Source: the human T2T-CHM13v2.0 reference genome, Homo sapiens
Strand: one strand, 5' to 3'
Assembly (NCBI RefSeq): GCF_009914755.1
Contig: NC_060944.1
DNA length: 64,000 bases
In this document: piece by piece, positions 33,441-59,380 of the stretch
Layout of the letters: every line of letters starts with the position of its first letter
Position numbering within the stretch: the first letter of the stretch is position 1
Made by a program: the position numbers and the translations under genes
Notes under the pieces: generated by a model
What the model was told of the DNA's origin: nothing
The model's input: only the letters and a program-made list of their open reading frames with translations
Databases searched by the model: none

Positions 33441-34565
33441 AAAGATATTCTATTATGCAAATAAATAAATAAATATGGAAGTTAAGTTCCTTCAAGCTTA
33501 TCTCTGCAAGGAACATGTATCACAGGCCCAGAGAATGTGATACCAGGTACTTACTGCTCAGTCCTCCAGCCTGGCAAAATCACGTAACTCCCGTGTTCAG
33601 AGTCAATTGGACTAAAATTAGCTGAAGTCATAAGCTTTGAGCAGAAGAAAGAAAACTGGATCCAGAGCGCAGAAGCTTGGGTTTTTGACCCAATCGTCAT
33701 AATTAAACATAAAGTCTCAACTTTTCAGCATGTAACAATAATAGTAGTAGTAGTAGTAATAAAAGCACTAACACATGCCATACCCTGTTCTAAGAGCTTT
33801 ACATGGATCAGGGCCTCATTTAATTCTCTCAACAAAATAGAATAAAAGAGAAAATAGCAAGCATTGCACCTAGGAAGGGAAATCTTGTTCCATGACAGTT
33901 TGTTTCAATTTTACATTCTTTTTAGATGTGTATAGGTATAGAATTACAATGTAAAATACATATTTTTTTGCATTCACTGCCAGGGAAGGAATAAAACACA
34001 TATCTTATAGTGGGATTGCAATTATAACAGTTTACAAGCCACTAGGGTAGTAGATGAGAGGGTTATGAGGTAACCCAAGTGATACAGTGCCCATAAGACT
34101 TTTAGCCGGAGTCTGGTACATAGTAAAGGCATATTAACTAGTAGCCAGGCACAGTTATTACTATTGTCAAGGCCAGCTTCATGGGTGCTGGAACCATGCA
34201 GTCTCGTAGGACCCAGCACTCAGAAGGGCCCTGCGTCTGGGTTAATGCTCTGTTGTCCCCATCTTAAAATTCTTAATGATTTTAAAGAAGGGGTCCACAT
34301 TTTCATTTTGCACTGGGTCTCACGAATTATGAAGCATGTCCTAGTCTGTATCATTGTTTACCATTTATTATTTAAAATACTTATTTATATTACAAAATGT
34401 TTAATGATCACTTATTATTATCAAATTGCATCTCTGCTTCTTATTAGCTGGACGACCTTGAGTGAGGTACTTGCATGATCTCCATGTCAGTTTCCTCATA
34501 TGTAAAACAGGAGCCGTAACTACTTCTCCATGAGGTTGTTGTGTGAAGGTTTAAACAATACAACA

Positions 34566-35239
<674 letters not shown>

Positions 35240-37642
35240 TAGCTTTATGGAAAAAAGTCAACTTTGGGCTTGATTCTTCCAGTGCACATTTTGGGGTGGG
35301 ATTATTAAAGTCATCAGTGGTTCTGGAACTTATTTGAGCCAGAGATGACTTGGAGAATCTGAGACTATGTGAGAAAATGCCTCCCAGAAAAACACAGATA
35401 GTCTTGCACGTATGTTCACATCACGCCTGAAGTTTCAGGGTATTTATGGGTCTCTGAGGCCAACGCAGGGGCCCCAGGACCAAGAACCTCAGAAAATAAC
35501 AAGCACTAAGGACTCTAGGAGGTCCAGAGTCCGCGAGTGTCTCGGTGGGAACAGCCAGCCAGCCACGCAACAGGCACATAACTCTTTCAGGGCTGGGGCA
35601 TGTGCGGATGCTTTAAGTCAGCAGCTGTTTTTAGCTTTGCTATATATGGCCAGGGGAGGAATGAGGGCTATAGGAGGGGGAGGGGTGCCAAGCAGCTTAC
35701 AACAGGGTTTGGGAGGCCAGAGCTCCTGCACCAGCCCCACCTTCCCCTTCCCATGCGAGAGCTGGAGAGCTTATCCTCAGACCAAAGAGAAAGCCTAGAG
35801 GACAGGGAGGGGTCGGCGAGATGGGAATGACAGGGCTTTGAAGAAGACGCCAAGTCAAGTCACCTTAGAACAATGAGTGTCAAACTTTTTGGACCATGAC
35901 TTGCAGTAAGAAACACACTTTACATTGCAAAACACACATACATGCAGACACTTTTAAACACACACGAACTCTCACACATTGTGTGTGTGCATATATATGT
36001 GTATCTCGCCAACTGAATAAATCTTTCAGAAAATAATACTTTATCTTATTCTCTGTGAAATACTCCGATACTTTTCTATTCTGTTCTGTTCTTTCCTTTT
36101 GAAAAATGCAGGTCGTGACCCACTGAATTGACTTCACCATCCACTAATGCGTTGTCCTCTCCAGTTTGGAAGACTGCTGTTTCCTTTGTAGCATTTGACT
36201 GCAAGAAAAGGAGGGCAGTGAAGAAGACTTCTGAACCTTTGAGGATAAAATGCAAGTTTCAGCTTTATCTCCTAGCTGGATGGCAAGTTTTGGACCTCCC
36301 AGCTTTTGCATGCTCTGTCCTCTCGTCCTGGAGTCTCCCTCCGCCCTCGTCACCTGGCTCACTCCTGCACATATGTCGGGGCTTGGCTTGCAGCTGACTT
36401 CAGGAAGCCTCCCTGAATGCCTGCGTCTGGTCAGCTGCCCACTCTGGCTTTGTTACTCCCCTGTCTGTCCCTGCCTAGCACCCAACACAGAACAGCAGGA
36501 CAATTTCCTGTTAGATTTGCTGTGAAGACAGGGAGCGTTTCCCTTCTGCTTATTCCTACGCCGCAGGTGTAGCGCGGGGCTAGCTGCATCGGAGTCCCTA
36601 AATAAATATTTACTGGATGAATTAATAATAGGTAATAGTAATAAGAGCAACCACCATTTACTAAGTACTCATTCATCCCAGGAGAAGTCTTTTGAGAGAT
36701 TAGGATAGGTCCATTTTATAGACAAGGAAATTAAGGTTTGGTGAGTTTAAATAATGTGGCAGGGCCAGGAGAATGACCCAGGGCTGCCTGACTCCCAGCC
36801 GTTCCTAATCACAGGATCTTATTTGTCCACATCCCCCTCAGTGATACCCACGTCGGGGCAAAGGGTGAGTGCAGATCCTTAACAAACCCTCAGGGGACTG
36901 ATGACAGGTTGATTAAAGAGATTTTCCGAAGCAGTGGCCACGTCTAATTTTGGAGAGTTACACCTCGTGTGTGGCTTGGGAAAGAGAATCTGTGAGGTTT
37001 CCAGGGCCGCTGGATGTGGGGTCATCTCATCTGGGAGAAGTCTGGGGCTCTGACAAACCAAGGCAGCAGGGCTTCTGGTCACCTGGCCTGAAGAGCTCCT
37101 GGGCACACCTGGGATAAAACCCAGGACCTGCAAAGCCTGTGTGATCCAGCCCAGGCCACGATGTCTGCACCCCTCGCTCACTCTGGCATTCTTGCTGTTC
37201 TTCAAACCCGCCAAGCCCAGCACTGCCTCCGGGCCTTTGCAACAGGATTCCCTCTGCCTGAGGGACCTACTTCCTCTACAGGCTCCTCCATCCTCCTTCT
37301 GAGACGACTCCATCTAAGAACACCTTCCTCTTCCGCCTCTGTTAGTTTTTTCCATAACACTTGTAACTTTTGGAGATTACATGTATGTTTGTTTTCTAGT
37401 TTATGTTTTTCCACTGGACAGGGAGCTCCTTGAGGACCTTGTCTTGCTCGCTGCCCCCACCCTAAAACTTGCTGTAAAGCAGTTCCTGGAACAGAGCAGG
37501 TGCTCAGTAGTACTGGTTGCATGAATGAATGAATGAATGAATAGGTTTTCCTCTTTTAGACACATTGGGAGATGGGCCTATGGTTTCCTATGCTCATTTT
37601 GACCCAGAGATTTGTGTCCTGTGACTCACATCCAGACCCAAA

Positions 37643-37728
37643 ACACACACATACACACGCACACATAAATACACACACACACAGACACGTGCACACACAG
37701 ACACACATGCACACACACATACACACAC
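37643..37728. repeat. Imperfect (CA)n
   Basis: ACACACACATACACACGCACAC... Confidence 0.85.
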
Positions 37729-38497
37729 CTTGGTTTGAAGAGAAGAGGGATGGGAACAGACATTCTACGCATGCCTACAGTGCACCACTGTGCATAGGTA
37801 ACTGATGCTGTATAAGCACTCAAGGATTATCTCCATTTTTAGCCAGAGAAACTGAGGCTTGCTTTCTGCTGTGTCTCCAGTGCCTAGCACTGTGCCTGGC
37901 ATAAACATCTGCTGAACTGAATTGCACTAGATTCAAGAGGCTCAGAAAACAGTTCAAGGTCACCCAACTAGCAAGTTGTGGAGCCAGAATCTGTGCTCAG
38001 GGCTGTTCAGTCCCCAGCCAGTGCCGGGTAGCAGCCATAGGCACCTGCACAAACTCCAGCGACCTCGTTAACTTCCAAACACGGTCTCGAGGGCAGGCCC
38101 TCACCCAGACACCCACCAACTGGCAGCTCAGATGCAAATCTATCCTGCATCTGAGGCTGCTCTCAACATGCCCAGGGGCCTCGGCTTCAGCAAACCTTGC
38201 TCCCTGGGCTAGCTGATGCCTTTTCCTGCCCCAGCTACCCTGATCCCAGCCCCAGTCCCACACTTCCTGGCCACTGTCAAAAAGAGGAGACACTAGTGAC
38301 GAATATAATGTCCTATGAATGCCTTCTGATGCCAAATGTCATTTGTAAAAATTAGCCAGTTTTGAGTTATCTGTGTCAGTTCCTCTTTCCAATGCAGCTC
38401 ATTAGGAAGACTCCATGGAATTATCCTGCGTCAGAAAGAGTTTGAGTGATGATTCAAAACTGCAGCCAGCAAACTTTCGCTGGAAAGAGTCAGGTAG

Positions 38498-40556
<2,059 letters not shown>

Positions 40557-40909
40557 TACTCCTCATGATCTATTGCTTGAAAATAATTTTCATGGCAAAG
40601 TTAAGACTAGACCCTAATTCTGCTAGAGTATATTCCATGGCTGTTTATGTTGGGGCATACCGAACATGCTAATGGTAGTAGTTATATTTTATTGTGTGTT
40701 GAGTGTGCACTTACATGGCAGGCTTTGTACTAAGCACTGCCACTAATCCTCTCAATAACCCCTTTATTAGCTCCATCTTTACTACAAGAAAATGGAAGCT
40801 CAGAAAGGTAGAGCAGCTTGCCCAAAGCCACACAGCAAATCACTTCCTAGCCCATCTGATTCTGTGCCAATTGCCGGTCGCCTTTCCCACCCTCCACCAG
40901 GGTTTCTCA

Positions 40910-42300
<1,391 letters not shown>

Positions 42301-43022
42301 AGGAATCCAGTGACCTAAAGAGAAAGGAATGGAGACAGTTTCACATGTGCTTCCGAAAGCAGAGGAGGGAAGTCAGAAAGAGAGGGGAGGCTGTGGAAAC
42401 AGGGTCTGGAAGATACACAGAATCTCAGTCCAGTGCTCACTCACCACCCTGAGCTCCCTCCACCCCTGGAAGCCGGGGAGAACTTGGTGCAAGAAGCAAC
42501 CATCTATTCCCTTTCTCTTTCTCCTGAAGGGCAAAGAGAAGGGAGAGGAGCCTGCCCTCCTCTCTGCCTGAGACACAGACTGGGCGTCCCGCTAGCTTCC
42601 TCTCCCCACCCCTTGATGCCTCGGCGCCCTCCCTGCCCCCTGCCGCAGACCCAGCAGACCCTGAAGGTCAAAGGAGTCCCCTTCCTGTCAACACAGGGTT
42701 GTGTTGTAATGAGGTCCTCTCAGAAATTCTCAAGGGTCATGATTTTTTAAAATTTCCCTTTCTGAGCTGTCTTTTGCTCTAGTGTCCTAGGAGCCTGTGA
42801 GGCCAGACTTCAGAAAGCTCTTGGGGCAGGGCCAGGAGAGAAGGGCCTGGGTGGATTCCCAGCCACTCAGGTTCCCACCAAACTCCAGTAAAAAGAACAA
42901 ATAAATCTCCATGGCAAGAAGCTGTGGCCAGAGCTAATGATTGTAAATCCCAGCTAAGCCCAAGGTTAATGGGAGTATAGAGGAATTCTGGGAAAGGTAA
43001 GAGCCACCAAGACTAGGAAGAT

Positions 43023-43248
43023 CTGTGTGTGTCTGTGCGTGTGTGTGAACGTGTGTCTGTGAGAGTGTGAGAGTGTGTGAGAGTGTATGTGAGTGTGTGT
43101 GGTAAGAGTGTGTGTGTTTGTGTGTGTGTGGTAAGAGTGTGTGTTTGTGTGAGTGTGTGTGGTAAGTGTGTGTGTTTGTATGTGTGTGTGGTAAGAGTGT
43201 GTGTGTTTCCATGTGTGAGTGTGTGTGTGTGTGTGAGTGTGTGTGTGA
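43023..43248. repeat. Compound (GT)n / ~30-bp minisatellite upstream of JPH2
   Basis: Four copies of GTGTGTGTGGTAAG(A)GTGTGTGTGTTT embedded in (GT)n/(GAGT)n. Confidence 0.9.
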
Positions 43249-44107
43249 AGATGGGGACAGAAGAGAAAGAGAGAACTAAGCACAGAAGGTACTAGAGAAC
43301 ATTAGACAATTATCTGACTTTGAACTTATCTGACATATTTCCAAACCCCATGATAACTTAGGCCACGTGAAGTCACTGCGGAAGTCTTGTTCCTGTTTGG
43401 GGAGTGGGTAAAAAGTGTTCCCTGCTTTCCTTCCAGTGGGTTACCTGTTCTTAGGACTTGGTTCCATCCTTGGTCACAGCCGCTGACCTTCAAGAGCCCC
43501 TTCTATATCTGCGTTTCACCACCAGGTAGAGGCACCCAGCCTCTTGGGCTCACTGTCACCGTCTGTTTGCCAAGCTGACAGGGAGCACGTAGTGGATAAA
43601 AACTGTTTCCTCTGGGTGGTTAGGTGTGAGCCCTGGCCAGGCTGACTGACAGCCTGCTTGCACAATTCACTTCTAAGAACATCTCAGGGCTACTCCCAGG
43701 GAGTTCTGCTTTCGCCACTTCTCACTAGGTCTTTGGAGAATCACAAACTTCTTTCTAGCTCTGCTGTCAAGGGAAGAGCATCTCAAACTGGAAGCTAGGG
43801 GAGTTTGAGCTGCAGATTCAATACTGTAATCATATGTTTATGCCAGGCAGCCATTGCTACATCTTAGCAGGGTGTTCTACCTATGGGAATTTAACCACTG
43901 TTCATCCATAGCAGCTCCCTAGGGTAGCTGTCTACCCAGGGTTACTACACATAAGAATCACTTACAGACTTAAAAACATAAAGAGATCCGAGAGCCCCAC
44001 CCGAGACCTGCAGAATTAGATTGTCCTGGGAGAAGACTTGGGCAGTCGAATTCTTTTAAAAGCTCCTCAGATGAATCTGATTTTCATCTCTGGTTAAAAA
44101 CACTGTA

Positions 44108-49547
<5,440 letters not shown>

Positions 49548-49705
49548 CAGTTTTAATTTTTTTAAAGGTGAGCCAAAACATTAGTTGTGGAGGTGAAAGC
49601 GGGGTGGTACCCTTACAACCAGAAGCTTAAATTTTGGTCCTGGAATCCCTGAGGCCCTTTTAGGAAATCTGAGGTCAAAATTATTTACATGGTACTAAAA
49701 CATTA

Positions 49706-49922
49706 CAGGTTGAGGGTCCCTAATCTGAAATGCTTCAAAATCCAGAACTTTTTGAGCACTGACATGAGGAGCAAAGGACATGCTCATTGGAGCAGTTTGG
49801 CTTTTAGGATTATGGAAGCTGAACTGATAAGCATGTAATGCAAATCTTTCAAAATCTAAAAAAAATCTGAGATCCGAAACACTTCTGGTCCCAAGCATTT
49901 CATATAAGGAATATTCAACCTG
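49706..49922. mobile_element. MER46/Tigger4-type element nested in a Charlie-like element (~49640-50290)
   Basis: TA|CAGGTTGA...TCAACCTG|TA: TIRs with TA target duplication. Confidence 0.75.
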
Positions 49923-51134
49923 TAGTTGCCTTTTTCACATTCATTCTCCCAAGTGTACAAAAGTTTGCCAGAGACCACACAATATGCGATATCCCAGAGA
50001 CTGAATGCAGAAACATATGAGAATCTGTCTTCTAATTAAGCCAAACATTAAAAAAGATTTGCAAAAAGGTAGAACAATGCCACTCTTCTATTTTTTGTTT
50101 TGGAAAAGCTATTTTTCATTCAAAAATTTTGTTAGCTTGTAATGAGTTTTTAAATATTTAAAAAATATCTTAGTTTTAATTTCTAATATGGTAAATATTT
50201 ATATCCTTTTGGAGATTATAACAAAACCTTTTGGGTCCTGAATTTGTCAGTGTAAAGGAAGTGCTTACAAAAAGTTTGAGAATTTCTGCCTTAGATATAC
50301 TAAATAGTGTACCTTCTGTCACCATTATCAGGAAATATCTGTCACAGCTTCTAGAACTGTGATAAGGTATTTTGCTCCCTTGCTTTAACCACAGCCTTCA
50401 GATGTCACTAAATCCACACCAAACCAATGACCAGCAGAGGACTCCCACTACTACTTAAGCTTAGGGTTTTTCTAGTAAACACCCTTCCCCTCTCCCCCAA
50501 GTACAAATCACCTATTTGTTGAAGCCCACATCCCATTATCATGAATCAACCACAGCCAGCGCAGTTTTAGTAAATAGTATAAATGTATTTTGTAATTTAA
50601 ACAAAAGCTTCTGTTAACATTATTGCTAACATGGCTAGACACTGTCACTAAATTTGGTGGCTCTGCTCAGGATGGTCTGAACACATGCAACATTCTTTTT
50701 GGAGCCACCTGAAAAACAAGGATTCATCATCCAGCTGAAACCGAAGACAGATTTTTTTTTTACCAAACTGGAGGGAATTTTGAAATGGCTGACCAAATCT
50801 GTGGGATACAGAATGTACAAAATTCTCTTTTAGGGTTGCTGGGGTGACAGGGCAGCTCAAAGAGGTAACCATCTATAACATCTGAAACTGAGGTATGAGA
50901 CCTGTATTACAACTGATAACAAAAAAAAAAAAACGCCATATATTTAAAATGCTGGAGATGGTGAAGACACACACTCGTTTCAAATATTACACCCCCTCCC
51001 TCCAACTGAAGCAGCCCATTCCAAGCTGCTTACTTGAAACTGCATGTAACATGTCTTAGGATGAATAGCACCAGCAGGGGCTTATTTAGTGATGGTTAAT
51101 AACTCTCTCAAACAATAGAGGGCAGGCCAGCTAG

Positions 51135-51140
51135 TTTATT
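51135..51140 (-). terminator. OSER1 more distal poly(A) signal AATAAA
   Basis: tttatt on the plus strand within the repeat-free 3'UTR-like region (~50560-51671). Confidence 0.45.
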
Positions 51141-51545
51141 CAAATTGAATCTAAACCTTAGATCTCTGGCTTAACAATAACAAGAGAAACCTTTATAGAC
51201 ACAATATATCTTGCATTAAATCAGAGACGGTTTAAATCAGTCTTGTAACTTCTAATATTCTGGGCTGGCAACTACAGCATGACAAATGTTTAGTGCAGTT
51301 ACAAAATCACATTTTACTTTCCTTGGCTAGCAAACCTTAAACAAATCTGAAAAATGCACTGTTTTACAAAGGCTTTTACCATATACCCACTGCTGCCAGT
51401 CTCAAGTAATTATGGTTTCTTCATCCCCCAGGAACATTTCTAAATAAGGGGGATTTTTCTTTGATCTGCTCGCCTTGAAGTGTATGTAAGAACTCAAGAG
51501 AGTAAGTTGAAAGAATGAAGATTAACTGAGATGCCAAGAAAAGTT

Positions 51546-51551
51546 TTTATT
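51546..51551 (-). terminator. OSER1 proximal poly(A) signal AATAAA
   Basis: tttatt on the plus strand, ~120 nt after the stop codon. Confidence 0.55.
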
Positions 51552-51671
51552 GCAAGCACAGTGAGCAGAAAGAGATGTCTTCTCACACAAAGTGGCCACA
51601 AGGTCTGCCATTAACTAAATCTCTTTGACAAGCCTTCATTGGTTTAAAGCATATGAATTAGCTTCTTGCTA

Positions 51672-52421
<750 letters not shown>

Positions 52422-53051
52422 TTATGACAGTAGGAAATTTACCTTCCCTCAGCTTTATGAGTCTAAGCTCATAAATTTCCTGCAAGAGATGCACCTTCCT
52501 CCATTTTCATGCTGCCTAAGTCTTTGTGTCTCAAAAACTTCAACATCATCTTATTAGCAAGCTATAGAACGAGGTGAGATAATGGTATTTTTTAACTGAA
52601 TCACCTGGGCCAAACATTTGGGACAGAACACCTGCCCTGTTCCAACTCTAAGCTTGGGAGCCTTTGACCAGTGGGTCTGAGGGAAGCACCTCAAACATAC
52701 AACTGAAACCGATCCTGTGAAGCCTAAATATTGTGCCCTAAACCTGAATATAGCAGCTTCAGAACCACTGTGAGGCTAACGTTACAAATGACCATTATGC
52801 CATTACTATTAAATAGATTTCTGATTCATTTCTATCATTGGTAACAGCCAATCAATCAAAACCAAAAAACTAACAATATTTACAACCCCTGAGGTTTTCA
52901 GATACTGGCAATTACTGGACACACTATGTAAGATAACTATTTATAAAATATTTAAATAGCCAGGCGCGGTGGCTCACGCCTGTAATCCCAGCACTTTGGG
53001 AGGCCGAGGCAGGTGGATCACGAGGTCAGGAGATTGAGACCATCCTGGCTA

Positions 53052-54506
<1,455 letters not shown>

Positions 54507-55199
54507 TACACACAGCTAAAGAAAGAATGACTGACGGGAAAATAAATCTGAATTATTTGTAACAGGGGCCAGCAAATTACAGCCTGTGGGTCAGATCTGG
54601 CTCCCTGCCTGTTTTTGTACAGCTTGTGGACACTGCTCCAGTGGGCTAGCACTGTGAGCCACAGACCAGGCTAGGGGATCCTCCCCTGTCCCTATTCTCC
54701 CTGCCCGCCTTCCTGGCCAGTAGACAAGCTGCACCACTGTCCAGCGCCCGCACTAGCTAACATCTACATGTTGGGTCTCTACTGTTGGCAACTGCTGATC
54801 ATTGAGAGGCAGAATCTCAGTTCAAGACTCCAACCAATGCTGGGATCTCTGGAGGAGAAAAGAGCATGCTGAGATCTGAGCCTCACTGGGACAGAAAGTA
54901 GAACTGACCCTGGCACTACCTGCTACCCACCCATTCCACAAGGTTCTCCTTTCAGGCTAGTCACTCTATCCTGCGACTGTCTCAGCAACTGAAGACAAAA
55001 CGTGTCCACCAGCCAGGACGGCCAACCCCAGGCAAACAGGGTAGAGTAGGAGTTTTCTCTCTTATTTAAGCACTTATTAATATCCTTGAATTTTTGCTTC
55101 TTGGCCTCCAACGGCTAAAAAATTTACCATACGGTGCTTTACAAAAAAAGTTTGCCAACCTCTGACCTAAAAGGCAGTACAGAGACAAGGATTTGGAAA

Positions 55200-57450
55200 A
55201 AATGTAAAAGTTAAGAGAGATGACAGAGTAAGTCTGGAATTTCTGAAGAAACGAATACAGAGAACAGAGGACAAGTGATTTTTATAGACATAATGACCAA
55301 GAAATTTTCTGAATTGATAAGAGAATCTATGAACACAGGAAATACACTGGAGCAGGATAAAAAGAAATCCACATAAGAGACACTCTGTAGCAAAACTATA
55401 GAATAGCAAAGACAACAGGAAGATCTTAAAAGCAGCCAGAGACTAGAAAGATTATTTCCAAATTAATAACAATTGGATTGAAGGTATGCTTTTCAATACC
55501 AATGTAACGAAACCAGAAGACAATGAACTGTACCTAATTTAAGTGCTAAGAGAAAATAACTGTCAATCTAGAAATATAATGTCAACTATATCAACTCTAT
55601 CTTTCAAAACCAAGGAAGAAATAAAGACATTTTCAGATAAATGAAAGCAAAGTACAGTCAGTCTTCTGTATCCATGGATTCTACACTTGTGGATTCAACC
55701 AGCAGCAGACTGAAAATACCCCTTCCACCAAGTTCCAAAAAGCAAACCTTGAATTTGCTGTGCTCTAAGCACTATGCTGAGTCTGTGTGAGTGAAGTGCT
55801 GTGTAAGCATTGTGGTAGGTATTATAAGTACTCTAGAGATGGTTTAAAGTATACAGGAGAATGAGCATAGGTTGTATGCAAACACTATACCATTCTGTCT
55901 AACAGACATAAGCATCCTCAGATTTTGGTATTGAGAGGGGCGTGTGAGTGGGGAGGACCTGGAATTGATCCCCCATGGATACAGATGATTGTTATTTACC
56001 AATAGGACCTGATGGTATTTAACATCGGGGGCCCTTTCAAATGTATTTATATGGAGTTATACAATGCAGAGGTCCTATTTACTAATAATAAACCTTCACT
56101 AAAGAAACTACTTTAGGAAAAAAGTAAGTGATTGTATATGGGAGGTCTGAGGTGAAAGCATGGTGAGGAAAGAAGTTATAAACAAACAGAAAAATCTAAA
56201 TAAACACTGTCTGCTTAAATAATAATAAAACCTAGTCTGTGAGATTAAGTAACGACTAAAATATTGGGCAACTATATCATGGAAGTCAGGAGATCAGAGG
56301 AAAGGGTTTCTAAGGAGAAGGGCTAAATTACCATTAATTTTTGTCTTTGTTAAAAGCATGCATGGTAAAATCAAGGCTAACAACTACTGAAAGAATAGAA
56401 ACAAAGTGTGCCATTTCCAAACCACTAGAGGAAAAGAACAAACAAAATCCTTGAAAACAATTGTGTTTAAACAATTGGAAAGGAAAGGAGGAGAGGTAAG
56501 GTGGGAAAAAAATAGAAAAAAGCAGGACAAATAAAGTAAAATGACAGAATCACTTCTGAAGATACCAATAATCAAATAAATGTAAATGCACTAAACTCAG
56601 CAGTTAAAAACAAACTGATCACATTGAATAAAACAGAAAAAAATAAAACCTAGTCATATGCTATTTATATGAAACACAGCTAAAATACAAGAACACAGAA
56701 CGCTTGAAAGACTAGTAGGCTGGGTGTGGTGGCTCACACCTGTAATCCTAGCACTTTGGGAAGCCGAGGTGGGTGGATCACCTGAGGTCAGGGGTTTGAG
56801 ACCAGCTTGGCCAACATGATGAAATTCTGTCTCTACTAAAAATACTAAAATTACCCGGGCATGGTGGCGGGCACCTGCGTAACCCCAGGTACCTGGGAGG
56901 CCAAGGCAGAACTGCTTAAACCGGGGAGGCGGAGGGTGCAGTGAGCTGAGATTGTGACACTGCACTCCAGTCTGTGTGACAGAGCAAGAACAAGATTCCA
57001 TCTTAAGAAAAAAAAAAGAATAGAAAAAGACACACAAGCGAAACACTAACTAGAAGAAAACTTTAAGACAAAAGCCATTGTGAGGGATTAAGAATGTCAC
57101 TACATAATAAAAGTTTCAATTCACCAGAAAGAAAACATTCTAAACCTATGCTATATAAATCCAACAAAATAACCTCAAGATACATAAAGCAAAAACATAG
57201 AATTTAAAGGGAAAATAGACAAATACACTTCCATGGGGTAGATTTCAACATACATCTCTATTATTTGTAAGTCAAGTTGACCAAAAAATTGAAAAAAAGG
57301 TTCCAATAACACATTTAAAAGCCTGACTTAATGGACAGAGAACCCAAGAATAATTAGAGAAGTCCCAATCTTCTCAAACAGACATAGAATATTTGTAAAA
57401 ATTGACTATGGACCAGGCCAAAAAAAAGTCTCAGCAAATTCAGCAAAAGA
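55200..57450 (+). mobile_element. Old L1M ORF1/ORF2 fragments in an OSER1 intron, with nested MER2 and Alu
   Basis: A-rich degenerate L1 motifs (AAATAAAGACATTTTCAGATAAA, AATGTAAATG.ACTAAACTC). Confidence 0.6.
55654..55985. mobile_element. MER2-type Tigger element within an old L1
   Basis: TACAGTCAGTCTTCTGTATCCATGG...CCCCATGGATACAGA inverted ends. Confidence 0.65.
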
Positions 57451-57583
57451 AGGAATAGGTCCTCATCTAATCATTGGGTCTTAGGTTCTATATCATAACC
57501 TAACTCTTTTCTGGACACTCAGAAAGGAAAATCCAATACTATTATAATATTGGAATAAAAATCATCTCAATAAGAAGCTCTTA

Positions 57584-57760
<177 letters not shown>

Positions 57761-58317
57761 TCACTAGCTCAAATACAACTTTTATCAATACATTTTTTTT
57801 TCTAGTTTGGGTTTCTCAAAAATTGCTCAGCTTTTAATGTAAATTTTCCTTCAAAACCAAATCTAGAGTATCCCTAAAAGCCCATGGCTGCAAAATCATA
57901 AGCCAAAGAATGACTGGTAAGTGTACCCAGCAGCAGGATATAAATAGACTTTCAGGCTGTTTCCCTGGGGCAGATCAGGCCTTATGGCCAGAGAATGCTA
58001 ATGACACTGACCATTTATCTTATGCGGGCAAACCAGAGTCATGGAACTAAACTTAGTTTAGGAGACTCCATCTAACTTAACACTGAATACATTTTCAAAT
58101 ATTATGCAACTTTTAGAAAAATATTCTAACTTTTGCAACAAATGAACTTGAAATATTACTCAGAGTTAAATCCTTGCGGTTTAAAATTATACAGATAATA
58201 TGGGTTCCCAGTAAAGAACGTGAAAAAATCTAAAAGCAAGAAAAACAGAATCATCCATACCTCACAACCCAGAGACTACCAACATCAAACATTGGTGGAA
58301 ATCCTTCCAGACTTTTT

Positions 58318-58319
<2 letters not shown>

Positions 58320-58361
<42 letters not shown>
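58320..58361. repeat. (CA)n microsatellite
   Basis: About 20 perfect CA units. Confidence 0.95.
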
Positions 58362-58363
<2 letters not shown>

Positions 58364-59150
58364 CTCCTACTATACATGCTATGGTGTTGACAAAAATTCT
58401 TTAGAAAGCGACATTAATCTACTAAAATGAAAGGATGTTCAACAAAACATAATTGAAAGTAAAAAGTAACTGGGAATAACCTAAATATCTAATAGAAAAA
58501 AAATACTGTATTTCTAAATTATGGCATATCTATATGGCAAAATGTTGGGAAATTATTAGAAATTAAGTGTACAAAGAACTTTTAATGATATGGGGGAATG
58601 CTTATAAGGAGAAAGCAGCATGGTTAAACACCTATACATATATTATGATCTCAACTATGTAAAATAAGTATAGGCTATCATGAACCAGTGGTCTAGATGT
58701 TAACAGTGGTTACGGTAAACTGTGATTTTTACTTCTGTTTTTATCCTGTTTTGTTTTTGTAAATTTTTCTATAATAAGCATGTATTATGTTACAATCAGA
58801 TAAATAGGATATTGTTTTGTAATAAATATATAGAGATTTGTCCTAATAAGACAAATACCACTAAGGAAAACCTGTTGAACAGGATCATGCTAAATTCCTG
58901 GCAAGGCCTGGTTAGTTTATGAGTCAATCCTCAGATATCCCATTTGTAAACTGGCAACAATATAAAACAACTAGAATGTATGATACACTACTACACAAGT
59001 CTTATTCTGCTTAGTCATGCTAATGACTCACCCCTTCTCTTATTTCATTTTCTCAAATATTCTCCTTCCCTTCTTATAATTTTACTCAAGGCAGAATATA
59101 TGCTACAAATATAATTTTACTCAAGGCAGAATATATGCTACAAATATATA

Positions 59151-59380
59151 ATTTTTTTTCATTTCAGCTTTTACTTTAGATACAGGTGGTACATACACAG
59201 GATTGTTCATGGGTATACTGGACCCAGGTAGTGAACACAGTACCCTATAGGTAGGTTTTCCACCCACATTCCGCTCCTGCCCTCCCCACGCCAGTAGTCA
59301 GCGGTGTCTATTGTTCCCATGTCCACGTGTGTTCAATGTTTAGCCCCCACTTCTAAGTGAGAACATGCAGCATGTGGTTT
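59151..59380 (-). mobile_element. Truncated L1 3' end (L1PB-like)
   Basis: Antisense L1 3'UTR with TSD-like TACAAATATATAATTTT (59139) / TACAAATACATAATTTT (59381). Confidence 0.75.
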
